Assembly (NCBI GenBank): GCA_040882355.1
Contig: JBBEBM010000062.1
Coordinates: forward strand, 982 to 64,981
DNA: 64,000 nt
Direction: 5' to 3'
From: Dehalococcoidia bacterium
GTDB lineage: Bacteria > Chloroflexota > Dehalococcoidia > DSTF01 > RBG-16-68-14
Positions within the stretch are counted from its first letter, which is position 1, and each line of letters starts with the position of its first letter. The notes under the pieces were generated by a model. The model was not told the origin of the DNA. It searched no databases and saw only the letters and a program-made list of their open reading frames with translations. Below, in pieces: positions 19,186 to 29,095 of this stretch. Position numbers and translations under genes: made by a program.

Positions 19186-20135
19186 GCATCTTCCAACGCC
19201 TGCGTCGCATCTTCCCAGGGCAGGAGGCCCGGCCAACCGAAGCGCAGCCTCCGTCTCCCGTCCGACCCGTGCTCGTCGTTACCGACAGCACGGCGGACCT
19301 CCCGCCGGAGCTGGCGCAGGAACTGGGCATCACGGTCGTACCGCTGCAGGTGATCTTCGGTGACGAGAGCTTTCGCGACGGCATCGACCTGACCAGCGAG
19401 CAGTTCTTCCAGCGGCTGAGTGAGTCGCGCGACCTGCCCAGCACCTCGCAGCCTTCGGTCGGCGAGTTCCAGCGTGCTTATGAGGAGCTGGCGACGCGGA
19501 CGGACCGCATCCTCTCGATCCACCTCTCGTCTCGATTCTCCGGCACAGTAGAAACGGCGCGCCAGGCGGCGCAGACGCTCGCCGGTCGCTGCCAGATTGA
19601 AGTGATCGACTCGGGCACAGTCTCGATGGCGATGGGCCTCGCGGTGGTCGCCGCGGCGCGCGCCGGGCGCTGGGGCGCCGAGCTGGACTTCTGCGCGGAG
19701 CGCGCCCGCTCGGTGCTGCGCCGTCAGCGTCTCGCCATCGCGCTCGACACGCTGGAGTACCTGCGGCGCGGCGGCCGCATCGGGCGGGCGCAGGCGTTCG
19801 TCGGCGGGCTGCTCCGCCTCAAGCCGATCCTGACGATCCGCGACGGCGAGGCCTTCCCGCTCACGCGCGTGCGCGCGCACAAGAAGGCCCTTGAAGAGGT
19901 GCTACGCATCTGCCTCAGCGAGGGTGATGTGGCGGAAGCGGCGGTCATGTACACGACGAAGCCGGACGACGCCCAGTACCTCGCCGATGAAGTCGCCCGG
20001 CGCTGCCCGGGCATCCCGATCCACGTCGGACGCATCGGGCCGGTGATCGGCGTTCACGGCGGCCCGGGTCTCGTCGCCGTCTGCGCCGTGCTGGCCGACG
20101 AGCCGGCTGCGCCCGCCACGGAAGCAGGGTCATGA
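19182..20135 (+). CDS. DegV family fatty-acid-binding protein
   Basis: DegV hallmarks (VVTDSTADLP, IHLSSRFSGT). ATGA overlap with the upstream gene. Confidence 0.85.
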   Translation: MSIFQRLRRIFPGQEARPTEAQPPSPVRPVLVVTDSTADLPPELAQELGITVVPLQVIFGDESFRDGIDLTSEQFFQRLSESRDLPSTSQPSVGEFQRAYEELATRTDRILSIHLSSRFSGTVETARQAAQTLAGRCQIEVIDSGTVSMAMGLAVVAAARAGRWGAELDFCAERARSVLRRQRLAIALDTLEYLRRGGRIGRAQAFVGGLLRLKPILTIRDGEAFPLTRVRAHKKALEEVLRICLSEGDVAEAAVMYTTKPDDAQYLADEVARRCPGIPIHVGRIGPVIGVHGGPGLVAVCAVLADEPAAPATEAGS

Positions 20136-22582
20136 GCCCGCCCGCCCGCCGCGCCGCGGCCGCAACTCCGCCCGTCGAGGCGCTGCGCAAAGTGCTGGCG
20201 CTGGAGCGCCAGCGCGGCTGCAACAACAGCGCCGTCTACGGTGGCCTGGACGGCTTCCTACACAACCTGCTGGGCGCGGACGGCTTCCCGCCCGACTCGC
20301 CCGTCGGGCAGGCGATCGGCTCGCTGCCGGAGGGCGGTTACGCGCGCCTCTCCGTCGCCGACCGGCAGGCATGGCTCGATGGCGCGTTGGCCGCCGCCGC
20401 TGGGCGCGCCGCTCCTGCCGCTCCGGTAGCCAAGCCGGCCCCTCGCGCGCGCCCCGCAGCGACGGAGGAGCGCCAGGCGCCCGTGGACGCGCCGGTGACG
20501 GTGCTCAAGGGAGTGAAGGATGCGCTGGCGGCGCGCTTCGAAAAGCTGGACGTGCGCACCGTTCGCGATCTGCTCTACCTCTTCCCGCGCCGCCACAGCG
20601 ACTTCGGGCGGCTGCGGCAGATTGCCGAGCTGACGCCGGGCTCCGAGGAGACCGTGCGGGCGCGCATCTGGAGCGCCCACGAGACGCAGCTCGGCCGTCG
20701 CAAAGGCACGGAGGCGACGGTGGGCGACGAGTCGGGCATGATGCGCGTCGTCTGGTTCAACAACCCCTACGTCGCGCGCCAGCTCCGCACCAACGAAGAG
20801 ATCGTCCTTGCCGGCCGCGTTGCTCTCCACCAGGGCCGGCCGACCTTCGAGAACCCGGAGTGGGAGCTGTGGGAGGCGAACGAGGAGCTGACGCACACCG
20901 GACGCCTGGTGCCCGTCTACCCGCTCACCAGCGGGCTCTCCGGTCGCACTGTGCGGCGCGTCGCCCGCCAGGCGCTCGACGGCTACGCGGACGCGCTCGC
21001 CGACCCGCTGCCTCAGTCGCTCCGCAAGCGGCTCAACCTGCTCGACCTGCCGGACGCGGTGCGCCAGGCGCACTACCCGGAGAGCCAGGAAGCCGTCGAA
21101 GAGGCGCGACGCCGCCTGGCGCTGGATGAGCTGCTGCCGCTTCAACTCTCGGTGCTGCTCCGCCGCCGTCAGTGGCAGCAGCCGGGCGCCGCCGACGCGA
21201 TCCGCATCGAGCCGGAGACGCTCGACTCGTTCCTGGCGACCCTGCCGTACGCGCTCACGGGCGCGCAAGAGAAGGCGCTACGTCAGCTCGTGGACGACCT
21301 GTCGCGCGACGTGCCGATGAGCCGCCTGCTCCAGGGCGACGTGGGCAGCGGCAAGACAGTGGTGGGCGCGTGCGGCCTCCTCGCGGCCGTGGTCAGCGGG
21401 CATCAGGCCGTCTTTATGGCGCCGACCGAGATCCTCGCCGAACAGCACTTTCGCACGCTCCGCGAGATCTTCGGCGCAGGGGAGAGTGAGGACACCGTCG
21501 TCGAAGCGACGCCGGCGTACCTCGATCGTCCGCTGCGCATCGCACTGCTCACAGGCAGCGTTCGCGCGAAGCAGAAGGCCGAGCTGTACGAACGCATCGA
21601 GCGAGGCGAGATCGACATCGCCGTCGGCACACACGCGCTGATCCAGCAGGGCGTTACGTTCGAGCGGCTCGGCTTCGTCATTGTCGACGAGCAGCACCGC
21701 TTCGGCGTCATGCAACGCGCGGCGCTCCGCAGCAAGGCCGCGCGTTCGGCGCACATGCTGGTGATGACCGCGACGCCGATCCCGCGTTCCCTCTACCTCA
21801 CGCTCTACGGCGACCTCGACGTCTCCGTAATCGATGAGATGCCGCCCGGCCGCAAGCCTGTCGTCACGCGTTGGTGGCCGCCCGAGCGCCGCCAGGACGC
21901 CTACGACTTCCTCCGCGAGCAGGTGGAGGCGGGTCGCCAGGCGTTCGTGATCTGCCCGCTGGTCGAGGAGTCGGAGTCGCTCCAGGTGAAAGCGGCGGTG
22001 CAGGAGTACGAGCGGCTCCGCTCGGACGTGTACCCGGACCTCGAGCTGGAGCTGGTGCACGGGCGCATGTCCGGCCGCGACAAGGACGCGGCGATGCGCC
22101 GCTTCCGCGAAGGCGCGGCGCAAGTGCTCGTGTCGACCGCGGTGGTGGAGGTGGGGATCGACGTGCCGAACGCGAGCGTCATGCTCATCGAGGGCGCCGA
22201 TCGCTTCGGGCTGGCGCAGCTCCACCAGTTCCGCGGCCGCGTCGGGCGGGGCGGCGACCAATCGTATTGCCTGCTGCTTGCCGAGAGCCCGTCGTCGGAG
22301 GCGCAGCAGCGGCTGCGGCTGATGGAGGAGACGACGGACGGCTTCCGCCTGGCGGAGGCGGACCTCCGCATGCGCGGGCCCGGCGAGTTCTTCGGCACGC
22401 GTCAGTCCGGACTGCCGGACTTCCGCGTCGCCAGCCTGCTCGACACGCGGCTCATCGAGCTGGCCCGCGAGGAGGCGGCGCGCTTGTTGGAGGAAGACCC
22501 GCATCTCGATAAACCGGAGCACGCGGCCCTTGCGCGCGACGTGACTCGCCTGTTTCAGCAGGTGACCGGTGAAGTACACTAA
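20132..22582 (+). CDS. recG: ATP-dependent DNA helicase RecG
   Basis: 816 aa. Wedge domain plus SF2 helicase motifs GDVGSGKT, DEQHRFGV, TATPIPR, QFRGRVGRG. ATGA overlap with degV. Confidence 0.9.
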   Translation: MSPPARRAAAATPPVEALRKVLALERQRGCNNSAVYGGLDGFLHNLLGADGFPPDSPVGQAIGSLPEGGYARLSVADRQAWLDGALAAAAGRAAPAAPVAKPAPRARPAATEERQAPVDAPVTVLKGVKDALAARFEKLDVRTVRDLLYLFPRRHSDFGRLRQIAELTPGSEETVRARIWSAHETQLGRRKGTEATVGDESGMMRVVWFNNPYVARQLRTNEEIVLAGRVALHQGRPTFENPEWELWEANEELTHTGRLVPVYPLTSGLSGRTVRRVARQALDGYADALADPLPQSLRKRLNLLDLPDAVRQAHYPESQEAVEEARRRLALDELLPLQLSVLLRRRQWQQPGAADAIRIEPETLDSFLATLPYALTGAQEKALRQLVDDLSRDVPMSRLLQGDVGSGKTVVGACGLLAAVVSGHQAVFMAPTEILAEQHFRTLREIFGAGESEDTVVEATPAYLDRPLRIALLTGSVRAKQKAELYERIERGEIDIAVGTHALIQQGVTFERLGFVIVDEQHRFGVMQRAALRSKAARSAHMLVMTATPIPRSLYLTLYGDLDVSVIDEMPPGRKPVVTRWWPPERRQDAYDFLREQVEAGRQAFVICPLVEESESLQVKAAVQEYERLRSDVYPDLELELVHGRMSGRDKDAAMRRFREGAAQVLVSTAVVEVGIDVPNASVMLIEGADRFGLAQLHQFRGRVGRGGDQSYCLLLAESPSSEAQQRLRLMEETTDGFRLAEADLRMRGPGEFFGTRQSGLPDFRVASLLDTRLIELAREEAARLLEEDPHLDKPEHAALARDVTRLFQQVTGEVH

Positions 22583-22588
22583 CGCCGC

Positions 22589-24133
22589 ATGCGTGAGCTG
22601 ATGCGCGCCGGCGAGAGCCCGGCGGATGGTCCGCCTCCCCACCTCACCCAACAGGCCCCAATCGTTGTAGAGGCTCCTCCTGGTGAGCCGCTGCAGGCGC
22701 GCAGGCGGTGGCCGAGCGCGAACGCGCGCTGGCTCCTGCTCGTGCTCGCCGTCGCCCTGCTGGTGCGAGTCGCCTGGGTGGCGACGGTTCAACCTGACCC
22801 TCGCGACGGCCGCTTCGACGATAGCGTCTGGTATTACAGCACCGGGCGGCTCCTCGCCGACGGCGAGGGATACGTCTATCCGCTCGATGCGCTCTGCGAT
22901 CTAGGGCAGAGGCGAGACCCAGGTATCGACTGCGCCGCCGACCCGCCGCCGACGGCGCTATGGGCGCCTGGCTACCCCCTTGTCCTATCCGCGCTCTTTC
23001 ATCTGCCCGGCGACGATGTGGCGTGGGGCCGCGCCCTCAACGTCGCGGCGGGGCTGGCGCTGGTCTGCGCCGTCTACTACCTGGGCTCGCGCCTCTGGAG
23101 CCCTCGCGCCGGCTTGCTGGCAGCGGCGATCGTCGCGCTCTTCCCAAGCCACATCTTCTTCTCCAGCCTGCTCATGACCGAACCGCTCTTCGCTGCCATG
23201 CTGGCGGGTGCGCTCTGCCTGGCGCTGGCATGGACGATGGAGCGCGACGCTCCGAAATGGAAGCTCATTGGGCTGGGGTTGGCGATCGGAACGCTGGCGA
23301 TGGTGCGCCCCGAAGCCGGCATATTGGTGGCGGTGTTCGCCGCGGTCTGGTTCATGCTCCACCCCTCATGGCGGTGGCTCGGGCAGCGGCTCGCGCTGCT
23401 GGCGCTCGGGATGGCGGTGCTGCTCGTGCCCTGGACGGCGCGCAACTGGGCGGAGATGGGCTCGCCCATCGTCGGCACGACCGGGTTGGGCCAGGTGTTG
23501 CTGCAGGCGCACCACCCGCGGGCGGGCGGCCAGCCAAACATAGGCATCGTGGACAACCTCTGGGACCAGTACAAAGGCACCGCCCTCCCCGAACGGGAGG
23601 TGCGCATGAACAGCTTCGGGGTGCGCGAGTCGATCGCGTATGCCGTGAAGCATCCCTGGAGCGACCTCAGCCGGGTCCCGGACCGGTTTGCCGCCTTCTA
23701 CAGAGGTGACCGCGGAGCGATCCAGTGGAACCAGGTGAGCGATGGAGACGGCAAGCAACTCCTCGCGTCCTCAGCGGACGGGTGGGGGCTCCTCTCCGAC
23801 ATCTACTACTACACGATCATCGGCTGCGCGGTTGTCTGCCTTCCTTTCTGGCTGCGTCGCGCCCGCGCCCAACACGGGCTCATCTTTGGCCCCTTCGCGA
23901 TCTACAGCCTGCTCTGGGCCTTCGTGTTCGTCGGCGAGGCGCGCTACCACTTCCCGCTCGTGCCGGTCTTTGCCGTGACCGCCGGCATCGGTCTGGCAGC
24001 ACTCACGGAGCGCTCGTTCGGCGGTCGGCGCGCGGCAGAGCGAGCGAGCCCTGCACTCCCCGCGCCGGTGCCTGTGCCGGAAGGCGTGTATACTCTCCTG
24101 CGAGGGCAAGAGCATGATGCTGACGGTCGGTAG
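22589..24133 (+). CDS. GT39/ArnT-like polytopic membrane glycosyltransferase (paralog of 31321-32715)
   Basis: Same loop motif as its paralog (VQPDPRDGRFDDSVWYYSTG ... ALWAPGYP ... ALFPSHIFFSSLLMTEPLFA). Confidence 0.7.
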   Translation: MRELMRAGESPADGPPPHLTQQAPIVVEAPPGEPLQARRRWPSANARWLLLVLAVALLVRVAWVATVQPDPRDGRFDDSVWYYSTGRLLADGEGYVYPLDALCDLGQRRDPGIDCAADPPPTALWAPGYPLVLSALFHLPGDDVAWGRALNVAAGLALVCAVYYLGSRLWSPRAGLLAAAIVALFPSHIFFSSLLMTEPLFAAMLAGALCLALAWTMERDAPKWKLIGLGLAIGTLAMVRPEAGILVAVFAAVWFMLHPSWRWLGQRLALLALGMAVLLVPWTARNWAEMGSPIVGTTGLGQVLLQAHHPRAGGQPNIGIVDNLWDQYKGTALPEREVRMNSFGVRESIAYAVKHPWSDLSRVPDRFAAFYRGDRGAIQWNQVSDGDGKQLLASSADGWGLLSDIYYYTIIGCAVVCLPFWLRRARAQHGLIFGPFAIYSLLWAFVFVGEARYHFPLVPVFAVTAGIGLAALTERSFGGRRAAERASPALPAPVPVPEGVYTLLRGQEHDADGR

Positions 24134-24148
24134 GCGAGGCGCGGCGAG

Positions 24149-24838
24149 GTGGTGATGGCAGCAGCCGTCGTTCGCGTGGAGCGCCAGCGATTGGAGGGCC
24201 TCGTCGCCCGTCTGGGCCACGACGACACGCCCCGCGTGTACACCGATCGAAACGTGCTCGTGCGCGAGCTGTTCTGGCGACGGCTGGGCGCGCTGCTCTC
24301 GCTCTCGCGAGCGCCTTCGCGGGCCAGAGTGCTGGACTTCGGTGGGGGCAACGGCGTGCTGATGCCCACCCTCTCCCGCCTCTACGACGAGGTGGTCTGT
24401 GTGGACCTGCGGACCGAGATGGCGGAGGAGCTCGCCCGCGCCGATGGCATCGCCAACGCGAAGATACAAGCAGGGGAGCTAAGCTCTCTTGGTCTACCCG
24501 GCGATTCCTGCGACACGATCATCGCAGCCGATGTGCTGGAGCACATCGTGGACCTGAAGGCGTTGATCGCCGAGTTCCGGCGGCTGCTGAAGCCAGGTGG
24601 CGAGCTGCTGGTGAGTGCGCCGTCTGAGAACGCCTTCTACGAGCTTGGCCGCAAGGTGTTTCGCTACGTCAAGCCGGACGACCACTATCACACCGCTGCG
24701 TTCATCGAGCGGACGATTACGGACGACCTGCGCCTGGCTTCACGACGGTACTTTCCTTTCAACCTGTCGCCGCTCGCGGTGTTCTCGCTCGCTCGCTTCG
24801 TGAAGCCGGACTCAGGCGCGGGGGTGCGGGAAACGTGA
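24149..24838 (+). CDS. Class I SAM-dependent methyltransferase
   Basis: VLDFGGGNG motif I, DVLEH, LLKPGGELLVSAP. GTG start. Confidence 0.7.
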   Translation: MVMAAAVVRVERQRLEGLVARLGHDDTPRVYTDRNVLVRELFWRRLGALLSLSRAPSRARVLDFGGGNGVLMPTLSRLYDEVVCVDLRTEMAEELARADGIANAKIQAGELSSLGLPGDSCDTIIAADVLEHIVDLKALIAEFRRLLKPGGELLVSAPSENAFYELGRKVFRYVKPDDHYHTAAFIERTITDDLRLASRRYFPFNLSPLAVFSLARFVKPDSGAGVRET

Positions 24839-25572
24839 CAGGCCGGAGCGGACCCCGCCGGAGGGCGGAAGCCCTGGTGCTGATACCCGTCTACAACGAA
24901 GCGGAAGCGCTGCCCGGGCTGCTGGAGGAGCTGCGCGAGCAGGCGCCGTCGTGCGACGTGCTGGTGATAAACGACGCGTCGACCGATGACAGCGCCGCTG
25001 TCGCCCGTGCCGCCGGCTTTCCAGTGCTGGACCTCTGCCTGAACCTCGGCATTGGGGGTGCGGTGCAGGCCGGCTTCAGGTACGCCCTGGAGCACGGCTA
25101 CGAGATCGCCGTCCAGGTCGACGGCGATGGCCAGCACCCTCCGAGCGCGATCGAGCAGATCGTGGCGCCGGTCCGAGCCGGCGCTTGCGAGATGACGATC
25201 GGCTCGCGCTTTCTGGATGCTGAGCACGACGGGGACTTTCTTCGCCGGCAGGGCACGCGCCTGCTCTCCTGGCTCTGCACGCTCTTCACCGGCCAGCGCA
25301 TCACAGACGCGACGTCGGGCTTCCGCGCATACGGCCACCAGGCGCTCCGCTATCTGGCCGCGTACTACCCGGCCGACTACCCCGAACCGGAGGCGATCGT
25401 CTTGTTGCGCCGGCGCGGCCTTACCATTCAGGAGGTGCCCGTGCGCATGCGACCCAGACAGGGGGGGCGGTCCTCCATCAAGGGCCTTCAGGCCGTCTAC
25501 TACATGGCCAAGGTGAGTCTGGCCCTGTTGCTGGCGGTCTTCAAACAGGGAACGGCCCGCCAGCCAGTCTAG
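24835..25572 (+). CDS. GT2 glycosyltransferase, Dpm1/GtrB-like polyprenol-phosphate sugar synthase
   Basis: LVLIPVYNEAEAL, VINDASTDDS, QVDGDGQHPP (DxD region). GTG start overlaps the upstream TGA. Confidence 0.85.
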   Translation: MTGRSGPRRRAEALVLIPVYNEAEALPGLLEELREQAPSCDVLVINDASTDDSAAVARAAGFPVLDLCLNLGIGGAVQAGFRYALEHGYEIAVQVDGDGQHPPSAIEQIVAPVRAGACEMTIGSRFLDAEHDGDFLRRQGTRLLSWLCTLFTGQRITDATSGFRAYGHQALRYLAAYYPADYPEPEAIVLLRRRGLTIQEVPVRMRPRQGGRSSIKGLQAVYYMAKVSLALLLAVFKQGTARQPV

Positions 25573-25584
25573 GGAGGTGGTGGT

Positions 25585-25986
25585 GTGCGTCCCATCAACC
25601 TGCTCATCATCATTGTCGCGGTGGGCGTCGCCGCCACCGTCGTGTTCTACGTGCGCCGGTGGCGGCTGAAGGAGCAGTACTCGCTGCTCTGGCTGATCCT
25701 GGCGGTGGGGATGGTCGTGCTGGCGGCGGCCCCGGAGCTTGTTGAGTGGTTTGCCGCCAAGCTGGACGTCTACTACGCGCCGTCCATCCTCTTCTTCCTG
25801 GGCCTCGCCTTCGTCGCGGTCATGCTCTTCCACTACTCCCTGGAGATATCACGCCTGTCCGACCAGAACCGAGAACTGGCGCAAGAACTCGGCCTGCTCA
25901 GGGCCCGGCTCGAAGAGACGGCGGCGGCGGCGCCTCCGTTCAAAGACGAGCCGTTGACCGAGGGGCCCGCAGGTGGCGCAGGTTGA
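25585..25986 (+). CDS. DUF2304-family small membrane protein (usual partner of Dpm1-like GT2)
   Basis: 133 aa, 3-4 TM, signature RRWRLKEQYSLLWL ... YYAPSILFFLGLAF ... LEISRLSDQNRELAQEL. Confidence 0.7.
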   Translation: MRPINLLIIIVAVGVAATVVFYVRRWRLKEQYSLLWLILAVGMVVLAAAPELVEWFAAKLDVYYAPSILFFLGLAFVAVMLFHYSLEISRLSDQNRELAQELGLLRARLEETAAAAPPFKDEPLTEGPAGGAG

Positions 25987-26027
25987 GGTGGACGGCGCCG
26001 GGTGCCAGGCCCCGCTACTGATCGCGC

Positions 26028-27680
26028 ATGTCCTTCCCGATCTACGTCCTGACCAGCCTCCTCATCTCCGCAGCGACCATGGGTCTCGTCCTGCTCGCGC
26101 GCAAGCGCTGGATGGCGGTCGCCGCCGCGCTCGTTGGCGCGACCGGGCTGCTCCTCCTGCACGGGCCAGCCTACTTCCACTTCTTCGCTGACGACTCGTA
26201 CATCAGCCTGCGCTATGCGCGCCACCTCGCGGACGGTCTCGGCCCGAACTGGAACAGCGAGGGCCGCGTCGAGGGTTACACGAACTTCCTCTGGATGGCG
26301 ACGCTCGCCGGCGTCGCGAAGCTCGGCGGCGACCTCGTCGACTCGGCGCGCGCCTTCGGCTTCCTGTCGCTGCTCGCCACGATCGTGGCCGTCTACCTGA
26401 TCTGGCAGCTCTGGGCGGACGACGATCCGGAGAGCGGTGTCGCGAGCCCGGTAGTGCTCGCCGCGGCGCTGATCGGGATCGCTCTCACGGATGGTGTCGT
26501 GTTCTGGGGCTTCTCTGGCATGGAGACGCCGCTCTTCATGGCGCTGATCACCGGCGGCGCGTATTGCTACCTGCGCGAGCGGCGCGGGGCGGGCCTCGTT
26601 CCCTGGTCGGCCGTCGTCTTCGCCGCCGCCGCGATGACGCGCCCGGAAGGCGTGCTGGCGGCCGCCGTTACCGGCGCGTTCGTGCTGGGCGAGGCGCTGT
26701 CGGGCGGCGACCGGCGGGCGCGCGCGCGCGTCTTGTTCTGGGCCGCCGTCTTCGCGGCCCTATACGGTTCGTACTTCCTCTGGCGCTACAGCTATTACGG
26801 GTACCTCTTCCCAAACACGTTTTACGCCAAGGCCGGCGCCACCAGCGCTGTCTTCGATCGCGGCCTCAACTACGTCTGGGTCTACGGGCTCCGCTATCAG
26901 CTCCTGGCGCTGGCCGCGGGCGTGACCGCGCTCCTGCTGAGGGCGCGCCTGCGCGTGGATGCGGCGTACGTGCTGGCGCTAACCGCCGTGTTGCTCGCCG
27001 AAATCGTCTACGAAGGCGGCGACGGCTTCGGGCACGGGCGGTTCATCGTGCCGCTGCTCCCGCTTCTCTACCTGGGCGGCATCGCCGGAGGGGCGGTGGT
27101 GCTCAGGCGGCTGGCGCTCGCCCCTGTGCCGGCCGCGGCGTTGGCGACGGCTGTCCTGACGCTCGGCGCGATGTCCCTCACGCGCGCGTCCATCGACCCG
27201 AGCTTATCGCTTGAGGAGCGCTCCCAAGCCGATGGCAAGGAACTCTCGATCTGGCTTAGCGAACACACGCCGGAGGACTACACGATAGCCGCGTACGCCG
27301 TAGGCATCGTTGGCTACTACAGCGATCGTGACATCCTGGACCTGCTCGGCATCAACGACGCCACGATCGCGCACACGGATGTTTCCAATCTGGGCGCAGG
27401 CCTCGCCGGGCACGAGAAGTACAACACTGACTACGTGCTGGAGCGCGCGCGGCCCGAGCTGATCATTGCGGGCCTGGGCGAGCCCAGGAGGCTGACCGAA
27501 GAGCAGCTTCGTGCCAGGCTCAGCTCGCTGGCAGACGCTGATGTCCGATCACACCTCTTCACCTCGCCCAGGGTCTGGCAGCTCTACGACGTGCGCGCTG
27601 TGCAGATCGGCAACCGCTGGTTCCACCTGCTCCAGCGCGCGGACACGGTATCGGAGTGGCAGGCGCCGGACCTGTTCTAG
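26028..27680 (+). CDS. 550-aa polytopic membrane protein, putative GT-C-fold glycosyltransferase; paralog A
   Basis: About 11 TM. First-loop acidic motif FADDSYISLRYARHLADGLGPNWNSEGRVEGYTNFLW. C-terminal soluble domain. Highly similar to 29096-30748. Confidence 0.7.
   Translation: MSFPIYVLTSLLISAATMGLVLLARKRWMAVAAALVGATGLLLLHGPAYFHFFADDSYISLRYARHLADGLGPNWNSEGRVEGYTNFLWMATLAGVAKLGGDLVDSARAFGFLSLLATIVAVYLIWQLWADDDPESGVASPVVLAAALIGIALTDGVVFWGFSGMETPLFMALITGGAYCYLRERRGAGLVPWSAVVFAAAAMTRPEGVLAAAVTGAFVLGEALSGGDRRARARVLFWAAVFAALYGSYFLWRYSYYGYLFPNTFYAKAGATSAVFDRGLNYVWVYGLRYQLLALAAGVTALLLRARLRVDAAYVLALTAVLLAEIVYEGGDGFGHGRFIVPLLPLLYLGGIAGGAVVLRRLALAPVPAAALATAVLTLGAMSLTRASIDPSLSLEERSQADGKELSIWLSEHTPEDYTIAAYAVGIVGYYSDRDILDLLGINDATIAHTDVSNLGAGLAGHEKYNTDYVLERARPELIIAGLGEPRRLTEEQLRARLSSLADADVRSHLFTSPRVWQLYDVRAVQIGNRWFHLLQRADTVSEWQAPDLF
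26241..26755. repeat. 515-bp tract 100% identical to 29315-29829 (inside paralog A)
   Basis: Base-by-base comparison of the two copies. The flanking sequence is only about 85-93% identical. Confidence 0.85.
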
Positions 27681-27709
27681 GCTCCGGGGCGCCCTCAGTC
27701 ACGACGCCG

Positions 27710-28177
27710 CTAGCAAAACGTACCGAAGGCGGTTACGCTCACGAACCCATCGCCGTCCACGTCGGTATTCGGGTTGGCCGCCGGGGCCGCCAGCGGTGCG
27801 GCGCCGAAGTCCATCACCACCTCTCCAATGTCGCTCACGGAGACGATCCCGTTCTTGTTGACGTCGGATGCGGGGCAACCATTGCGTGGGATCGAGACCG
27901 TCGGCGGCAGGCAGAAGCCCGGGCCACCCACCATGGATACGATGATCCCAAGATCGCCCGAATTCACGAGACCGTCCTTGATCGCGGGAAAGCCTGCGAG
28001 CATGTCCACCTCAGGCGGGGCTGGGGGAATCGTCTGCCCGAAATACGATAGCTCGATGGCGACATCGTTGCCATCGACCTCGCCGTCGTTGTCCAGGTCG
28101 GGACAGCCTGGGCCCGCGGCCTGGGCGACACCTCGCGCCGGGTCTCGACTAGGGCTCCACAGCCTCCTATGTCCGGG
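27710..28177 (-). pseudogene. Second copy of the small dockerin-type repeat protein; no in-frame start or signal peptide found (possible truncated duplicate)
   Basis: Frame encodes ...CPDLDNDGEVDGNDVAIELSYFGQ ... DVNKNGIVSVSDIGEVVMDFG ... NPNTDVDGDGFVSVTAFGTFC*, about 90% nt identical to the copy at 28180-28689. Upstream in frame there is no ATG/GTG/TTG for about 50 codons. The listed 373-aa ORF extension overlaps the other copy out of frame and is judged spurious. Confidence 0.35.
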
Positions 28178-28179
28178 CC

Positions 28180-28689
28180 CTAGCAGGTGGTGCCAAACAT
28201 GACTACGGCCATGCCGATGTCTCCGACGCTGACGAATCCATCGCCCGAGATGTCGGTATTCGGGTTGGACACCGGGGCCGCCGGCGGTGCGGCGCCGAAG
28301 TCGGTCACCACTTCTCCAATGTCGCTCACGGAGACGATCCCGTCCTTGTTGACATCGGCTGCGGGGCAACCCTTGCGTGGGATCGACACAGTTGGCGGCA
28401 GGCAGAAGCCCGGGCCACCTCCGGCCGCGACAGCGGCCGAGATGTCCGAGACGGCGATAAACCCGTCCTTGATCAGATCGACCTCGGGTGGCGCCGGAGG
28501 AACGGACTGGCCAAGATACGTTGTTACGATACTGATGTCGTTCGTATCGACGTCGCCGTCGTTGTCGAGGTCGGCGCAGGGGGTGCCCGTGGCCCGAGCG
28601 ACACCTCCGCCGGCCGGCGCGACCAGACCGAGAAACGCCAGCGCAACGCCTGTCAGAATGAGAAAACATGCCGTCTTCATGACGACCAT
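28180..28689 (-). CDS. Small secreted protein with three dockerin-type (EF-hand-like Ca-binding) repeats
   Basis: ATG at 28689 preceded by GGAGA. Signal peptide MVVMKTACFLILTGVALAFLGLVAPAGGGVARA. Repeats DLDNDGDVDTNDISIVTTYLGQ, DVNKDGIVSVSDIGEVVTDFG, NPNTDISGDGFVSVGDIGMAVVMFG. Confidence 0.65.
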   Translation of the reverse strand: MVVMKTACFLILTGVALAFLGLVAPAGGGVARATGTPCADLDNDGDVDTNDISIVTTYLGQSVPPAPPEVDLIKDGFIAVSDISAAVAAGGGPGFCLPPTVSIPRKGCPAADVNKDGIVSVSDIGEVVTDFGAAPPAAPVSNPNTDISGDGFVSVGDIGMAVVMFGTTC

Positions 28690-29095
28690 TCCCTTTCTCC
28701 GCTCGCGCGCGCGAGCGGAACTTCCCACCAGGGGGCTTGGCAGGGCTATGGGAGCTGTGCAGAGGTGAGGGAAGGGGGTTGGCGCATGCGTACCTCCCTG
28801 CTGCGCGACCGTGGCCTGCCTGCGGACGCACAGATAGTAGTCCTCCGCGCCCGCGTTGTCAACCGCGACTCGCGCTACCGAATGCCTGTGCCCATCGATA
28901 CACTGCCGGTGTGAGGGTCGGCGCTTTCACATCTGCTCCACCAGGGACGATGTCCCCTGTCGCGGGCGTTCGACTGCCGGCGAACGCAGACAACGCGGTT
29001 AGGCCGCCCGCCAAATCCATGCGCCATGGAGCGGGCGTCCGCATGCGGCGCTCGTCGAGGCGACCGGCCGGCTCGAATGATGAGACTCTAGTCTG

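Noticed and set aside
27710-28831. N-terminal 200 residues of the listed 373-aa ORF (Arg/His/Gly-rich)
   Set aside because: It overlaps the complete dockerin gene 28180-28689 on the same strand in another frame. Only the C-terminal dockerin-repeat part is kept, as a likely truncated duplicate.
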